Shown: one piece after another, positions 12,801 through 26,300 of the stretch
Layout of the letters: every line of letters starts with the position of its first letter
Position numbering within the stretch: position 1 is the stretch's first letter
Made by a program: the position numbers and the translations under genes
Notes under the pieces: model-generated
What the model saw: the letters and a program-made list of their open reading frames with translations, nothing else
Told to the model about the DNA's origin: nothing
The model's database searches: none
Source of the DNA: Rhizodiscina lignyota
Taxonomy: Eukaryota
Reading direction: 5' to 3'
Assembly (NCBI GenBank): GCA_010015805.1
Contig: ML978129.1
Coordinates: forward strand, 682,001-746,000
Length of the DNA stretch: 64,000 nt

Positions 12801-14629
12801 TGCTGCACAAGCTCAACGGTCGACACGACAAGGCTCGCAAGTTACAGGCTGTCTTAGACAGATTGAAAAGTCCTGGATTTCGCAGCAAGGCGTGGTTCGC
12901 AGCCAAGACAATATTCTACCGCCTCACGAAACAGGATAACCTGTATTTTGCCTTTTTGGATTTCCTGAAGCGTGTCCGTCTAGCGGAAGACTATCGATTG
13001 GAATACGATACACCGTACAACCTTGACTGGGTTGTGATCACTGGAGAAGGAGACGGTAGAGACTACGGTACTTTCTTTCAGGCGTGGTACTCCTCCCTGC
13101 ACGTCGATGCATGCGTTGCTGAGGCTGGGGAGAATGAGGACAAAGGGGTCACTCAAACGGACAACATGGGTTGGGGAGCATTGAACATCTCTAAAGACGA
13201 CAACATAACGCTCAAGCGCACTATTGGAAAAAATACGCTAATCCTTCAAGGACTGAAGCATGATCACACTCTCATGCAAGAGGTTATGAAGCAAAAAGAG
13301 GATGTTAAATCAGAAGCATTCCAAGCTTTCGGGTCCTGGCTCACAAACCGGTTTCGGAAAATCTCGCATGCAACTTCCCATCGCTTTGCTAAACATTGTT
13401 CGGCGGCGAAGGTTCGCGAGGAGGTTCGCAAGACTCTTCCTGGCTACGGCACTTTTAAGTGCCCACCTACCGATAACTACTTCGAGTGGGAAGACTACAT
13501 TATGGCCAAGTTCAGCGAGCTTTCAGAGCAAGAGCAAGGGAATATGAACGACTTGAGCGATGCTCTTTGGGATGAGTCCAACATCTTCGAGGAATGGCAG
13601 ATCAAGGAAGCTCTTCAATACGAAAACCAGATTGCCATGGACTTCTTTACCATTGTCAGGGCCCACCCGAAGGACTTCGACATGCATCTTCAAGTACTTG
13701 AAGACAATCATGATCTCCGTCGCAAATACTACAAACAACAGAAGAAGATTCTCTCCGATTTCGAGGAGAGTTTGCGGAAAGCGTACGACCAGGCCATGAA
13801 TTTTGCTCTTCGCCGAGATAGGGGCCGGTGGCCTCCCGCACAGCCGTATCGCGTTGAATTCGACAAGCTGAAAAACTTACAAAAGAAGCAGAATGAGCAG
13901 CTGGCCACGCTGAGGAAAATTCAAAACACAGAGTATTTCTCGCATCTGAAATCAATTAGTGCGGAAGAGGAGCGACGTCGATCCCTGAGATGCCCCGAGA
14001 CGCGAATCAATCTGTGGCGTTCACAGTACACCGACAAGTTCCTGGCGGAAGATAGTAAGAAGTTCAATAAGTTTGTTCTTCAACAATTTGACTATCTGAA
14101 CACTTGGATCGAGAAGGCGATTCAGCAGTGTCCGCCAACGAATCCACCTCCTGCCTCTCGTGGCTTCAATTTCGCCTCGCCCGGGCAAAATAGCACGCTC
14201 TTCAACTTCTCTGGTTCGGCTACGCAGTCTTCATCACCAGCACCATTTGCTGGTCTGGGCACCACTCCTCAGCCATTTGCATTTACTGGCAGTGCCAACA
14301 ACGAAATGCTGCGCCAGGCTCCCAACGCTCCATCACAAAACGGTGCATTCAACTTTGGTAGCACTCCCCAATCTGCGTCCACCTCCGCCGACTGGCGCCC
14401 AAAGGCGACGCCGAAGTCTAGAGCGACGCCGGCCACTTCGCAATCGGGCACCCCATCAGATTCCAACAACCCCTTTGCTGGACCATCTACTACCTCATTC
14501 AATTTCAGCAACACTGAGCAGACATTCCCATTTGCTTCGACTAACAACAATAACGACCAGGGATCTCGGTCTGGCCCGACTCCGAGCGGCAAGAGCCGTT
14601 TCGCTGATATGTGGGCTGAGAAATCTTGA
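9832..14629 (+). CDS. Large hypothetical protein (~1563 aa): N-terminal hydrophobic helices, acidic disordered middle, internal repeats, FxF-rich tail
   Basis: The 1393-aa ORF joins upstream ORF 9832 through a phase-consistent model: exons 9832-10246, 10297-10428, 10485-14629. Intron 1 is GCAAGT..TAG and intron 2 is GTAAGG..CTAAC..CAG. Confidence 0.7.
11705..11800 (+). repeat. Coding 12-bp tandem repeat x8, encoding (V/I/T)(D/N)EQ-type tetrapeptides
   Basis: gtcgatgagcag gtcgatgagcag gtcaacgagcag atcaacgagcag gcgatcgagcag accgacgagcag gccgatatgctg actgatgagcaa. Confidence 0.9.
12305..12424 (+). repeat. Coding 18-bp tandem repeat x6.5, encoding (C/Y)PHxxx hexapeptides
   Basis: CPLGKG CPHEDD YPHING CPHEDK CPHGDD CPHVDD YPHK; DNA units such as tgtccacacgaagacgac. 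Confidence 0.9.
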
Positions 14630-15059
14630 AAGGGCACGGCGAACGGCGCCTATTCACTGATGCGATTTCATTTCTGAAAAGATGTCATTGTGGCTATGAA
14701 TTCGGAGGCTCTGCTAAATGCATAGCGAAGGGAATGATCATTGATGAAAATTGGGTCAAAACAACGGGAAAATCGGAGTTCATGGATTTCCAAGTTTGAA
14801 AGTGTACTGATTTCGCGGGCTTTGTTCCCGCTATGCGATCACCGGAAATTCCGATACGGCGTCATGGAGAATACAGTTGTTGCTTGTTTAAAAGTGTGCA
14901 TAGAACGAATTCTTCTAAGGTACATTATACCAAACAAAGAGACAGAGATTGGAGAAGCCGTGAGATCGTGAAGTGAGCGCTCGTCTTCTTTGCCTTCCAA
15001 TGCAACCGCCTCCATATCCGCTACATATCATCCCCAATACAACATCCTTCAGCTTCAGC

Positions 15060-17825
15060 TTAGGTTAGCTTTGGGTAGCTGGGTCGACCATGCAGTAGTC
15101 GAGATTGTGGACGCTGGTGTCCGGGTTGCCGGCCCAAGTTCTGCACGCGATATCAGCATTCGGCACATCTTCATGTCATCAAATTGAGTAACTTACGGGA
15201 AAGAGTGAGCATTTCCACTGCCACCAAAGACTGCAAACGTCAAGATGAACACCATGACCTGGGTACCGCCGTCCAAAGCCGCCGAGAGGATATAGTTGTA
15301 GTCGACGAACCACTGCGGGCGGAACTTGCGCAGCCAGAATTGCGCCATGAATCCAACGATGAAGTAGCTCAGAATCGAAGCATTGATACCGACGAACAAC
15401 CATCCCATGTACCAAAGGATAATCGACAAGTTGATGTACGAGAACACGCGCCAGCCAGTGTAGCGGTATGCGATCCAGAAGGGGAACGGCACGGCGAAAC
15501 CGACTATATAGCTGATTGTAACCCATTGGTACTTCGAGCCAATGGAAAACATGTCCTTGGCGATGGACCATGCAATGGCGAGAGTATTGAACTGCTGGAC
15601 GTTCTGGCCGGACCAGATGTTCGAACCCTCAATGGACGTCAGGATCGGCGCTTGGTTGTCGACAATGGTCAACATCATGCTGTAGTTCAGCAGAGCGCCG
15701 ACAATGCAGCCAATCACTTGCACGGTGAAGGTGCAGCGTGGCGAAAGATGGACGTATTGCGCGAGCTTGAGATCACGTGCAAGCACTTGACCCATTTGCA
15801 GAGCATTGAAGGTGTAGCAAGTAAAGTACAAGTCTGACGCTCATTAGCTTACGGTCACTGATGCCCTGGTATGCGAGAAACTTACTAGCAAGCGGACGTC
15901 CCGGAAACATGTATCCCGCAATCATCTGGCAGAATGGTTGGATATTGAACTGGAATCCGGTAATACCGAACTGCGCGCCGAAGAACAACATGAATATGAT
16001 GGAGAAGAGCAGCGCGAGGATAAAGCCCCACCATGGCAAGGTCGATTTCATCACGTAAAGACAGATAATGCCTATGACCCACGAGACCAGTAGGATAGCA
16101 CCCCACCACCAGAGCGGCACCTCGGGGTAGAGGTTTCGGAGCATAAGCTTGTAGTGTGGATCCAAAGCCGGGTCGTTCATCTTGCGCTCCAGACGCTCCT
16201 CGGGGGTCTCCTGGTTCTTCCAGAAAACGTACCAGGAGGGATTGAAGAACGTCTTCTTCAGAGCAGATGGAGCGGCCCAGGCCCAGCCGACTTTGATGTC
16301 ATCCCAATTCTACCAAATTTTGGTTAGACTCCCGAGTTGTATCAACCCATGATTACGAAAAGTCACTTACCCATAAAAGCATGTGCGTGAAGGTCGCGGT
16401 GAAGCCCATGGCTGAAGTGATAAGGTAGCCAAGATAAGTAGCTGTAAGGTTCGGTATGCCCTTCGCATGCATCGCATCAAAGTCAACCTCGAAGTTGCTG
16501 TCCAGAATATCGCTTTGGTTGTAGACAGAGTAGAAGGTGCCATTGGATGAGTCGTCAAACAAGAACTGGGACAGGAATGGGAATTTCCGTGCGTCCCACG
16601 TGTTGCGGTAGAAGAGGGCCATGAAGAGCATGATACATCCCAGATAGCCGATTAAGGTGTTCGTCAGAGAATACAGAGGGTACCACATGGGAGATCCAAG
16701 AGAGGCAATGTACTGCCAATCGAAGCAGACGGAGACTGTAATCTCTCAGTATACTCGGCGAATCCAAGAGGCAGAGAACTTACGGAAACCAAGACCCTCG
16801 TTACCACTGGCACCGCCGAACAGGTTCGTGAAAACCAAGCTGTCTTGGTGTGCAAGACAGAAGATTGACACACCTTCGAGCACAGGGAAAATGTACTGTT
16901 ATCTCGTAGTCAGCTCCTCAATCATGGATCATGTCTCGCCTAATGACTGACCTCAGGAACAACTTCCCAGAAGAACAAGACAAAGAATACAATATAGAAG
17001 AGTCGAAGCCGTTTCTTCGTCGCTGCCTTATCCTTGTGCAGAGACTCAAGCAGTGAAGCCACGGGCAAGTTGTAAGGCCAAAGCATCTTCGTTGGGTAGA
17101 CGAGCACGTCACGGAGCAGACCTGCGATGCCGTAGCCGATGAGCTGTGAGGAGAGGGTGATGAAGACCGCCGCAGCACGACTTGGAAATCCTCCATAGAA
17201 GAGCTGCTGTGCAGCCAATGCTTCCGTAGAAAGCGCGGATTGTGCGGCGGCGGAAGCCATGAGAGCAATGGCGGCGTGCTCCTTGCCATTGAAGGGACCT
17301 GGGTTGAGGAATCGGCCGATTGCGCCTTTTCGAGGAATAGTATATGCCATAAATTCGCCGAGAATATACGCAAGCACTGTCAAGAACACAACGGAGACGT
17401 AGATGACTTGAGGCTTGAAGTAGAAGATTTCCTGCAACACAGAGCCGAAGACTGCGAAACCAATGCCTAGTATATCGCGTGGTTAGCGGGTATTCGAGCG
17501 CATCTTGATAGTCCGTCGTGGATCTCTGGACGTATCAAGAATCATTTTACGCACCGAGGAAGAACATTCGGAATGTCCATGGATTTACAGTGGGATCGTC
17601 CTCTACGGTCAGCACCTGTGTGGTGATGTCTTCGACTGTGTCGGCATGGATATCATGCTTTTCCATATCTTCATAGTGAGGAACCGGATCTGAGGAGACG
17701 CCCATCTCTTTGACGTCGTCGGCGCCATTGGACGCCCCATCCCCAGAGGTCTTCTTCACATCCATATTGCTCAACGGCACCGAGTCTGTGTCGACACGTG
17801 AGAAACCAGGTCTCTTGGAGGCCAT
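15060..17825 (-). CDS. OPT-family oligopeptide transporter, multi-exon
   Basis: Motifs EDDPTVNPWTFRMFFLG, NPGPFNGKEHAAI, DPHYKLM..YPEVPLWWW, DLKLAQYVHLSPR, YNYILSAALDGGTQ; many transmembrane segments. Confidence 0.95.
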
Positions 17826-18048
17826 TTTGGCTATAATGAGATGAAGTTGAGGCCAAGCAAATGTAGCCAAGGAAACGACGGGAAGTAGGATTCGAGAAGG
17901 GGTAACCAAGTATACTTATTAGAACTAGGTGGCGCGCATAGCATCGGGGCACGATCTACTTCCAGCTCATCCCAGATACCACTCTAGACACGAATCCACG
18001 ATCCAGAATAGAAGGTTCGATACGATGTCACACCAGGTTTCGCTAGTT

Positions 18049-20629
18049 GATAAGGGTATGACGTTGGGTTGCAACGCACAAAAGGGAAGCTGGGGAAGCG
18101 ATAAGCGGGCGTGAAGGAAATTGATTGATTTGGAACAGAACGCGAATGAGGAGTTCGTCACGGTGGCTAGAGGGCTCGATCCTGTGCGTCGGGTGTGCAG
18201 CGGGTTGGTTTCTTCCCCGAATAGTACCACCATGTTTGGAGTAGACCCCTGTTGGTGGCGCCGCAGAGGCGGAGGTGACGCTATATGAGGCGAATCAGTA
18301 TGCCGCTCGCTGTATTTTCGAGATTCGATGAAGTCATGCCAATTCGCCTTTTCTCCTTCTTCTGCTCTTTTCTACGATTTGAATTGATATGAGACTGAAC
18401 AATTCGTGTTCCTACACTCGCAATGGCAAACAAATCGCAGGTATGTCAAACCTCTGTATTAGGAAGGTAAGTATCTGATATCGCTCGCACAGACACTGCG
18501 CAGAGGAGCGAGCTTGTCGAGCTTCTAAAAGGGCGCGAAGTCAATGCCCTCTGAGCTGTCTCCCTCGTCAAACCATAGGGTACCACAGCTCGTCAGCGCT
18601 CCTAGGATCAGGCTCGTGCAGTCCACTTAGACGAGAACGCAGTGATGAATCCTACAAAGTGAGCTCTGCATACACACCATATTTACAAAGCGTATAGGGT
18701 GTCAAACCACTACCGGGGATTACAGTCCCAGCGGAGTGGCACGCGCGCGGATTTGAATTCGGAAAATGCAGACCATGCCGAAAGTGGGAGTTCAGCGAGC
18801 CTGCTCCGGCTCTTTCTCCTGAGGCGTAACAGCGTCGCGTAGGCAGGAGACTAAGGAGACGAGCCACTGAGCCAGACGGCTCGGTCAAGATAAGCGCGAG
18901 CATTGTCCAGAGAGACGTTTGGTAGCCAAAGTAGGTATGTAGAACAGAGAGACCGACGAATGGTGACGTTCGTCTACCTGGAGGCTGGATCCTAGACGAT
19001 CGTTGAAACAAGCATTTCTCGGCAACGGACAAGCATCGTTGGCGTTGATTTCGGCGCCCCCGATGCAGTCCACGAGCGATCTCCAGCACATGAGAGGGCC
19101 ACTATCGCGTGCGGCAAAGCAAGAAAAGCTGTGTGCCCTCGTGATAAGAGGTAAGATGGCGGCCGCTTGCGATCGTATTCTTGGAAGTACTGTGCGTGGA
19201 ACGGACCGGCTTATCTCCCCAGGAAAAGTGCCTGCCAAACTGGGTGAGAGTGAGAGTCCACAAATCGTGACTCGCGTGTCGTGAGTGGGGAGGGTGACAG
19301 TGGCAAGCGGCAGAGCGTCTCTGCCTCTCTTCGTCCACCACTCGACGCTTCGGAGATGTCGTCTTCTCTGGAAGTAAAATGGAGATCTGCTCGCTGGGCC
19401 GCTGCAACATGAATCCACGCGCCAGGCGACGGGTCGTCCAGCAGCTGTTATTTCCTGAAGAGCTCGCGCCGCTGTGCCGACTCTCTTTGTAAGAGCCACA
19501 TGTCATCAACGAGGTGGGCCAGGGTTGGGAAATTCCAGATGCGGCCTGCTAGGCGACGAACACATCGTTATTGGGACATCATACGGAGTAAAAGTCTCTG
19601 CAAAGGACGGTCGTAAATGCGAGCAGTTTCCCGTCAGATATATATATTCGACGGTGGCCTGCGCGATCGGTGTCTGGTTCCCGCAGCCTGGAAATTCCGG
19701 TGACTCGATCCAGTGCGAGAGGATCCAGCCACGCACGCACAGCTTCCTGGATGTGGTCATTGGTCAATTCGACTCACCACACACGCCATCGATGTTAGGA
19801 TAAATGGAATTTCAGAATAACCACGACCCCTCAACGACGTCTGTCTTCATATATGTATGCGGCCCCCTTTTCTTCCGTCTTCCTCCAGCAAGCATTATTT
19901 CGGAGACAATTGGAACCGTACTTTGTCGTCGTAGCTTACGTCCGGATCTTCCCTCGCGACTGAGTACCTGGCAATCCTGAGAGCTCGCCAGTGAATCTTG
20001 GGACTATTTGCCCAATGGAATCAATGCTTGGACTCTAGCCTCATCACTGACGCACGAGACCCCATTACAAAAGCGCCATGTGCGGGTTTGATTGGCAAGA
20101 GTAAGGACATCGGCCCTCGGAGTTCAGAACTGTGACTACTTCATCAAAGGATTGAACTCCGAATCCAGCCATATTTGGCTCCCTGCTTCACAGTTCAGCT
20201 GTTATTGGACCAATATTGCAACATTTGCATATGGGGTAGTCTCCTCCGATCAGTGTTTCGATTTTCGATGCCGCTCTTGGAGCAGGGAAGATGAGGCTCT
20301 ATGACCTCTATTGCAACTTGAAATCCATGCAGCTAGGAGGACGAACGATCAAGTGGTAGAACATTGGATGCAAGTCATCAGGTCAATATCGATAGAGCCT
20401 GGAATACTCGCACCTATGTCATGCTTTGGATGTCAATGCCGATGGCAGCGGAAGAACGACCAAGTCATGTCACATGAGATGCTAACTTGTCAGATCAGCA
20501 TCGATAGACGAGCGCATGAGGTTATTTATGTTATGATTTCGTGAGTTCCCGACAGTAGAAGGGCAAGGATGGACAAATGATAATTAATCTTTAATTTGCT
20601 ATCCATTTCCCAAGCAACCAACAGATAAG
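18049..20629. promoter_or_regulatory. Cluster of GATAAG sites upstream of the OPT gene (putative AreA/NIT2 nitrogen-regulation sites)
   Basis: GATAAG at 18049, 18100, 18889, 19143 and 20624; CTTATC at 19210. Confidence 0.4.
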
Positions 20630-20904
20630 CTCCGACTGAACATCGATTCGGCATCTTATAATACATATCATAACAAATGCTACGAGAACGCCGTCTAGAT
20701 ATCCCATAGGTATAGAAAGAAGGAACTCGAGATATGTACAACGAAACCTGCTCCTCGGAAAAAGGGGGTGTATCCAAATTGGCTACGTAATTAGAAGAGC
20801 CAGAGCTTGAAAGTTTTGTGCCCACCGTGAAAACCGTTGCCATGCTTCAAAGGATATCAAACCCTGTGAAAGATCGGAAAGCATCATGTCTCAGAACTAA
20901 CGCC

Positions 20905-22545
20905 TCACCGGGCGGCTTTGTCCGTCTCTTCCCTGGAGCCAATGCCCTCCATAACCTCCGGCTCAGCAGCTGCGTCAGCTTTTTCATTAAGCTTGCGCAC
21001 CTTGGCCAGACCCTCCCTCATCCACTCCGCGACCAGACCTTTGTTCATTTCTACCCTCTGCTCGTTGGCCTTTCTGACCGCCTCCTTCTTCTTCTTGCGG
21101 TCTTCCGGCTTCATTGCTAATATTTTTCCAATCACGTCGAAATCCTCCTCGTTTTCTTCTTGTAGCCACACTGCTTCTGGAGGAAGATAGGTATATGCAT
21201 CCAATATGGCTTGAGTCGCTACGAGCGGTGTACCAGCAATGAGCGAGGCAGGGACAGTGGAGGAGGCCTTGCGGTCGAGGTATTCCGCGTTGGCAAAGCC
21301 AGGCAAGAGCGCAAACGTCCGTGAGATGATGCCATAGAAATTAAGATATTCGAGGCCTTCGTCAAACTTGACGTGCGGCTCCAGCTCTTTGGGAACTTCG
21401 GGTTTGCGGCCGTGACCAAGGAGGTGAAGTTGAATGTCGGGGTGGGAATCGTGGTCGTTGAGGTCGGCTGCCTCCTCTCCAGGGGTGGAGCTGTTGAGGA
21501 ACTTGCCTAGATGGTTGAAAATCTTCTTATAGTCCCTTCGACTGCCATCGTAATTGCCCTGTAACGCAAAAGAGAGTTCGTCTTCTTTCGCATCGGTAAC
21601 GGTCTTGGTCAGGTCGACGGGGAAGACGGGGATGAAATGGCGTGTGACAGCCTGCACGCCGCCAGTGTCCCACTTCTTCAGTTCGGCGTCGAGGAAGGTT
21701 TGGGTGTGCTTGCTGAGACAGAGGAAGTCGACCAAGCCCTTCTTGACCCAGGGCAGGATGATTCTAGCGCTCTTGTTGTTCACCCACCTGTCAGCGTGGT
21801 GGACCACGCAGAACAGATATGTCTGCTCCTTCTCCATTAGCATGGTGAATTCCTTGTCCTTCTCCATACTGTCGAGCTCGCACGTCGTCGAGACGAGGAT
21901 GCGCGGCTGCTTCTCGGTGGCGTTGAACTTCGTCTTGTGCGTGAATTCGGCGGGGAGGGGGTGGGAGAGCTCGAACTGGTCGAATATGTCCTTGATGCCG
22001 AAGCGCTGCAGGCGCTGGTACAGCTCGATTTGGACATTTGGTTGCGAGCCGAACGAGTGGATCAGGGCGGCGATAACCTCGTCATGTGAGCCTCCGACCT
22101 CTATCATCCATGTCGGAATTACCTCGTCATGAAAGCCGCCCGTCTCGAGTATCGTGGCGTTGAGAGGACCGTTCTTTGGGTCGTCCAACTCTTCTTCGCC
22201 CCCTACAGGCTTGTCGTCGCTCTCTGCGCTGTCTCCTCCTTCCGGCGCCTTATTCTGCTCCTCTTCCTTCTTCTCGTCCGCTGGATCCGCAAGCGCGGGA
22301 GAAGGAGCTTTGTCGTGCTCGTCGAGCTCTGTTGAGTCGCTAGAGGCATCATCGCCACCATTGTCTGCAACGATGCCGTCAATGTGCTCCTTTAACCATG
22401 AATCAGACCCTGACGAGGAATCCGAGCCCCATGGCTTCGGGAATAGAGGGCGCGCAAAGTCACTCCTCCCTTGTAGCAGCACAAAACTTGCGAGGAAGAT
22501 TGCGGCTACAGAGAGGGTGGCGAGGAGGATAACGCGGCGGGACAT
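20905..22545 (-). CDS. Type II membrane protein, putative glycosyltransferase-like, single exon
   Basis: 546-aa ORF with an N-terminal signal anchor, acidic stem and globular domain (VVHHADRW, RRDY, LLPGFA..KASSTVPASLIAGTPL). The glycosyltransferase call is inferred from architecture only. Confidence 0.7.
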   Translation of the reverse strand: MSRRVILLATLSVAAIFLASFVLLQGRSDFARPLFPKPWGSDSSSGSDSWLKEHIDGIVADNGGDDASSDSTELDEHDKAPSPALADPADEKKEEEQNKAPEGGDSAESDDKPVGGEEELDDPKNGPLNATILETGGFHDEVIPTWMIEVGGSHDEVIAALIHSFGSQPNVQIELYQRLQRFGIKDIFDQFELSHPLPAEFTHKTKFNATEKQPRILVSTTCELDSMEKDKEFTMLMEKEQTYLFCVVHHADRWVNNKSARIILPWVKKGLVDFLCLSKHTQTFLDAELKKWDTGGVQAVTRHFIPVFPVDLTKTVTDAKEDELSFALQGNYDGSRRDYKKIFNHLGKFLNSSTPGEEAADLNDHDSHPDIQLHLLGHGRKPEVPKELEPHVKFDEGLEYLNFYGIISRTFALLPGFANAEYLDRKASSTVPASLIAGTPLVATQAILDAYTYLPPEAVWLQEENEEDFDVIGKILAMKPEDRKKKKEAVRKANEQRVEMNKGLVAEWMREGLAKVRKLNEKADAAAEPEVMEGIGSREETDKAAR

Positions 22546-23379
22546 GGTGCCCGCGGGAGAAGGGAGAAAATGAGCGACGGCGGATACGAAGGGAGTGTAG
22601 AGTTTATGATGATTCTCTCATGTCTCACGTGGTGGTGAAAGGGTCCGCGCTGGAAGATGAAAAGGGTGACGCGAATTTTCTTTCTGGAGATAGGGATGGC
22701 CAGGGAGAGGGAGCGCTCAGCCTCAGGAGCGGAAGTGCAGCGGTGCGTTGGGTGGAGCTGAACACCAGCCAATCCCATCGAGCCGCTGGCCTGGGCCTGG
22801 CCAAGTATTGCCGTCACTAATGCGTAAGCGGCATGGCGCCCCTTGAACGCGCGTTGCTATTTCATATTAAGCAATAAGTGCTCGCTTTGGCCGCATGAAC
22901 GGAGTGCTCCTCTGCACTCCCTCAGCTCTGCACAAGAGTGAAGATGATGTCTTCGAGATGTGGATAGACGTTGAAGCCGTCTCCCCGCATCTCGAGAGAA
23001 ACCGTTAAGCACAGCCGTCGGTACACTAGCACCTGTCAACGCTCGACCTGGCCCCCTTTGAACCGACTACACCATCCTCAACAGTCTGGAATGACTGGCA
23101 CAGAATGTTACCATTCGAATCTTCTGATCAATCCATCTACGTGGTCATGTTCACCAAATAGTTTGATGATTGGGTTAAGTTATCAACATAAACATGCTTG
23201 TATTAGCCTAAACAATGGGATCGAGGCTGGGTAGCGTTGCTTCGCCTCAGCCTTGTGGTACAACAGCTTCCATGAGATCGCAACCTTATAGTCGTCTTGT
23301 GAACTTCCAGTCATCCAGAATTGGACGGAATTAATGTTGACGTGAATGAACCAGGAGAGCCTGTCTGTACCACTTCAGC

Positions 23380-26300
23380 ATGGATACTCAGTTCCCCAGC
23401 GGATGGCCACCTTCGCATCTTAGCATGTCGCGACTACGGTTTCCCCCAAGCACATTAAATGATTTTGAGTCCAAAATGACTTGGCCACATGCACAAGATG
23501 GAGGACCGTATTCATTTACCGCGCCGGGGGACGACGACCTATTAATATACTTTTACGGCGGTGCCAATCCGCTATGGCAAGCGGTTCACAGGACACCCAG
23601 CCCAGATCGTGAGCACGCTCGAAGGCTTCTAGAGGGAGGAGTCGATCTGCATGAACCCTGGAATACTGAAAAATGGATGGAAGAACATGTTTATTCGAAG
23701 CAATGGGGGGTGTAGACCACCAGAAGGCGATCTGATTGACCCAAAGCGGTGCACGCAAGCGCTCTTCAGCCCAGTATTGAATGGCTCCCCGGATCTTGTG
23801 GAGCTATTAGTGAACTTCGGTGCACGCATTGAAGCTCATAATCGAAAGGGCATGACAGCTCTACACGAAGCCGTCCGCACGCATAAGGCAAATATTGTTC
23901 GGATTTTGATCGACAATGGTGCCGATATAAACGGAACTGTTTCGACCGGCGGTTACGGCCATGAGTACCTTTCCGGCTTTACTGCTTTGCACCTTGCTGT
24001 GCTGGAGGGCCAAGGCGATATCGTAAGGATTCTACTTGATGCCGGTGTTGATGTACACATTTCCACATCATACAATTGGACCGCATTCGATCTAGCCCTC
24101 GTCGAACGACAAACAATTATTGCCAACATTTTGGAAGAGTATGCTGGAGATCTCAAACAAGAACTCAATTATCGGGCTCATTGCTTCAGTAAGACCTTCC
24201 AAAACCCGGAGCAAGACGAAGACGTAAAGCTCTCGCGGTTTGTGCTTGATCACGGATTCCAATACTGGGATGGAAAATACAGGACCTTTTATGTGCGCCT
24301 CATTTTGGAAATCCAAGGAAATCGCTCCGACGTCGAGAGGAACTCCAACAAATCATGTATGCAACTCGGGAATGAGATCCAAGATCAATTGAAAAAGCTT
24401 GCCCAACTTTCAAACACCGTAGAATGGGATCGACATCTCTGTTCGAAATGTGAAGCATTCCAGCAGCAAGAAGTATCAACCATGTATCAGCCATTCGAGC
24501 ATTACCCGAGCGAACGCGCACTCGTAGAGTCTAGCTCGAATGGCTGCGTCCTTTGTACAATGTTAGCGGAGTCACTTCATCTGAGTCAAACTGCTTTGCA
24601 ACCCGATCGAGACATGTCTCAGACGGATTTACAGAAAAGGTACGAAGATATGGATAATACAGTTTTGGATGTAGCACCTGTGGTGCTACGAATGGCAAAA
24701 CAGGGCTGGAGTGACCTTGCCGTGGTTGCTCGCTGTGGCGAAAGAGTGGTAGTCTAGAGCTTTTACCCGTTGGAGGTAAGCACTCTTCTTACCCAGTTCA
24801 TCTTCCTCTACAAAGCTCGCGCTGTGTGAGGAGGTTGGCCTATTATATTTCACCTTCGATCAAGCTCACACTGATCCAGCAATGTGGCTTCATTATTTCA
24901 TTATTGGAGCAAGAGAAATCTCAAAACGGCAGGCTAACTTCAAGAAGCTCCCGTTGCGAAGGCCATTGCGAAGACTGAACCGTACGATCGACAGAGCTCT
25001 GGATCTGAGCGTAGCATTGCAATTGCAGCAGCTTGGCTCGAAACGTGCACCACAAGCCATAAGACCTGCGGACTTAACGCCATGTCTGAACTACCGTCCC
25101 GCGTGATAGATGTTGGAAGCGAGGGATCACACCCTTTTCTATGTATCTCAGCACAAGACAAGGCGCGGTACACCGCACTCTCGTACTGTTGGGGGACAAA
25201 GCACAATTTCGTCACCACATCGTCTACACTTGATGATATGATGAGCGGCGTTCCTCTTCACCGATTTCCAAAAACAATGCGGGATGCCATCATCATCACA
25301 CGAGGCTTGGGCATCCGTTATCTGTGGATAGACGCTCTCTGCATAATACAAGATTCCGAAGAAGATTTCGCTAAAGAAGCAGCGGAGATGGGTGATATTT
25401 ATTCCCATGCAACAGTTACAATTGCTGCTACGGACTCGAAAAGCTGCCAGGATGGCATTTTTGAGGAACGGAATTGGAGAACTGGAGCATTGCTGCACCT
25501 TGATTTGAGAATCCCTTCAGGTTCCGGTACGATCAGTCCTCATGAAGGAACCTCAAGCATCAAAAGGATCTTAGCTCGTCGTGATATGCCATGGTCTCAC
25601 GAATCGCATCAAATTCTTGATACGCGTGGCTGGACGATGCAAGAGAAGCTCCTCTCCAGGCGCTACTTGAGCTGCAGTACTCTCGAACTCCACTGGAGTT
25701 GTCTCGAGGCCACTTCCTCCGAAACAAGGGCATATCTGCTTCCTCGGTCCTTCGATACAGACCGTTATCTTCACAGCGATGAAATGCAAAATATCCAAAA
25801 CATCCAAAACATGCTGGCAATACAATGCAACGAACGTGATGATGGCGATGCTTTTAGTGTTTGGTTGGGTTTGGTAGCCGAATACTCCAAACGAACGTTT
25901 TCAGAGTCGACAGACAAGATAATCGCACTTGCCGGCTTTCAAGACCAGTTGAGCGTGCTTTTCAATGATGTCCCCATCGCGGGCATGTGGAAAAATCGAT
26001 TTTTCTTGCGGAGCCTGCTGTGGACTCCTTGTCCATACTCGAACTTGTTTGACTCCGGAAACACCGCTGACGACAGCGACGTAATGGGAAATAGGTTCCA
26101 CGGTCCGTCGTGGAGCTGGACGTCTGCGGACGGCGAGATCACTTACGAGAATTTTAGCTCTGCCGAATTCTCATTTCTCATGGAGGTTCTGTCATGGGAT
26201 CTTAAGATCTCACCGGGACAGCGTTCTATTGAAGGAAGTATCACCATTCGAGGCAAGATCGTATTCTCAAAAGCTGCAGACCAATTCTGGTGGGGAATGG

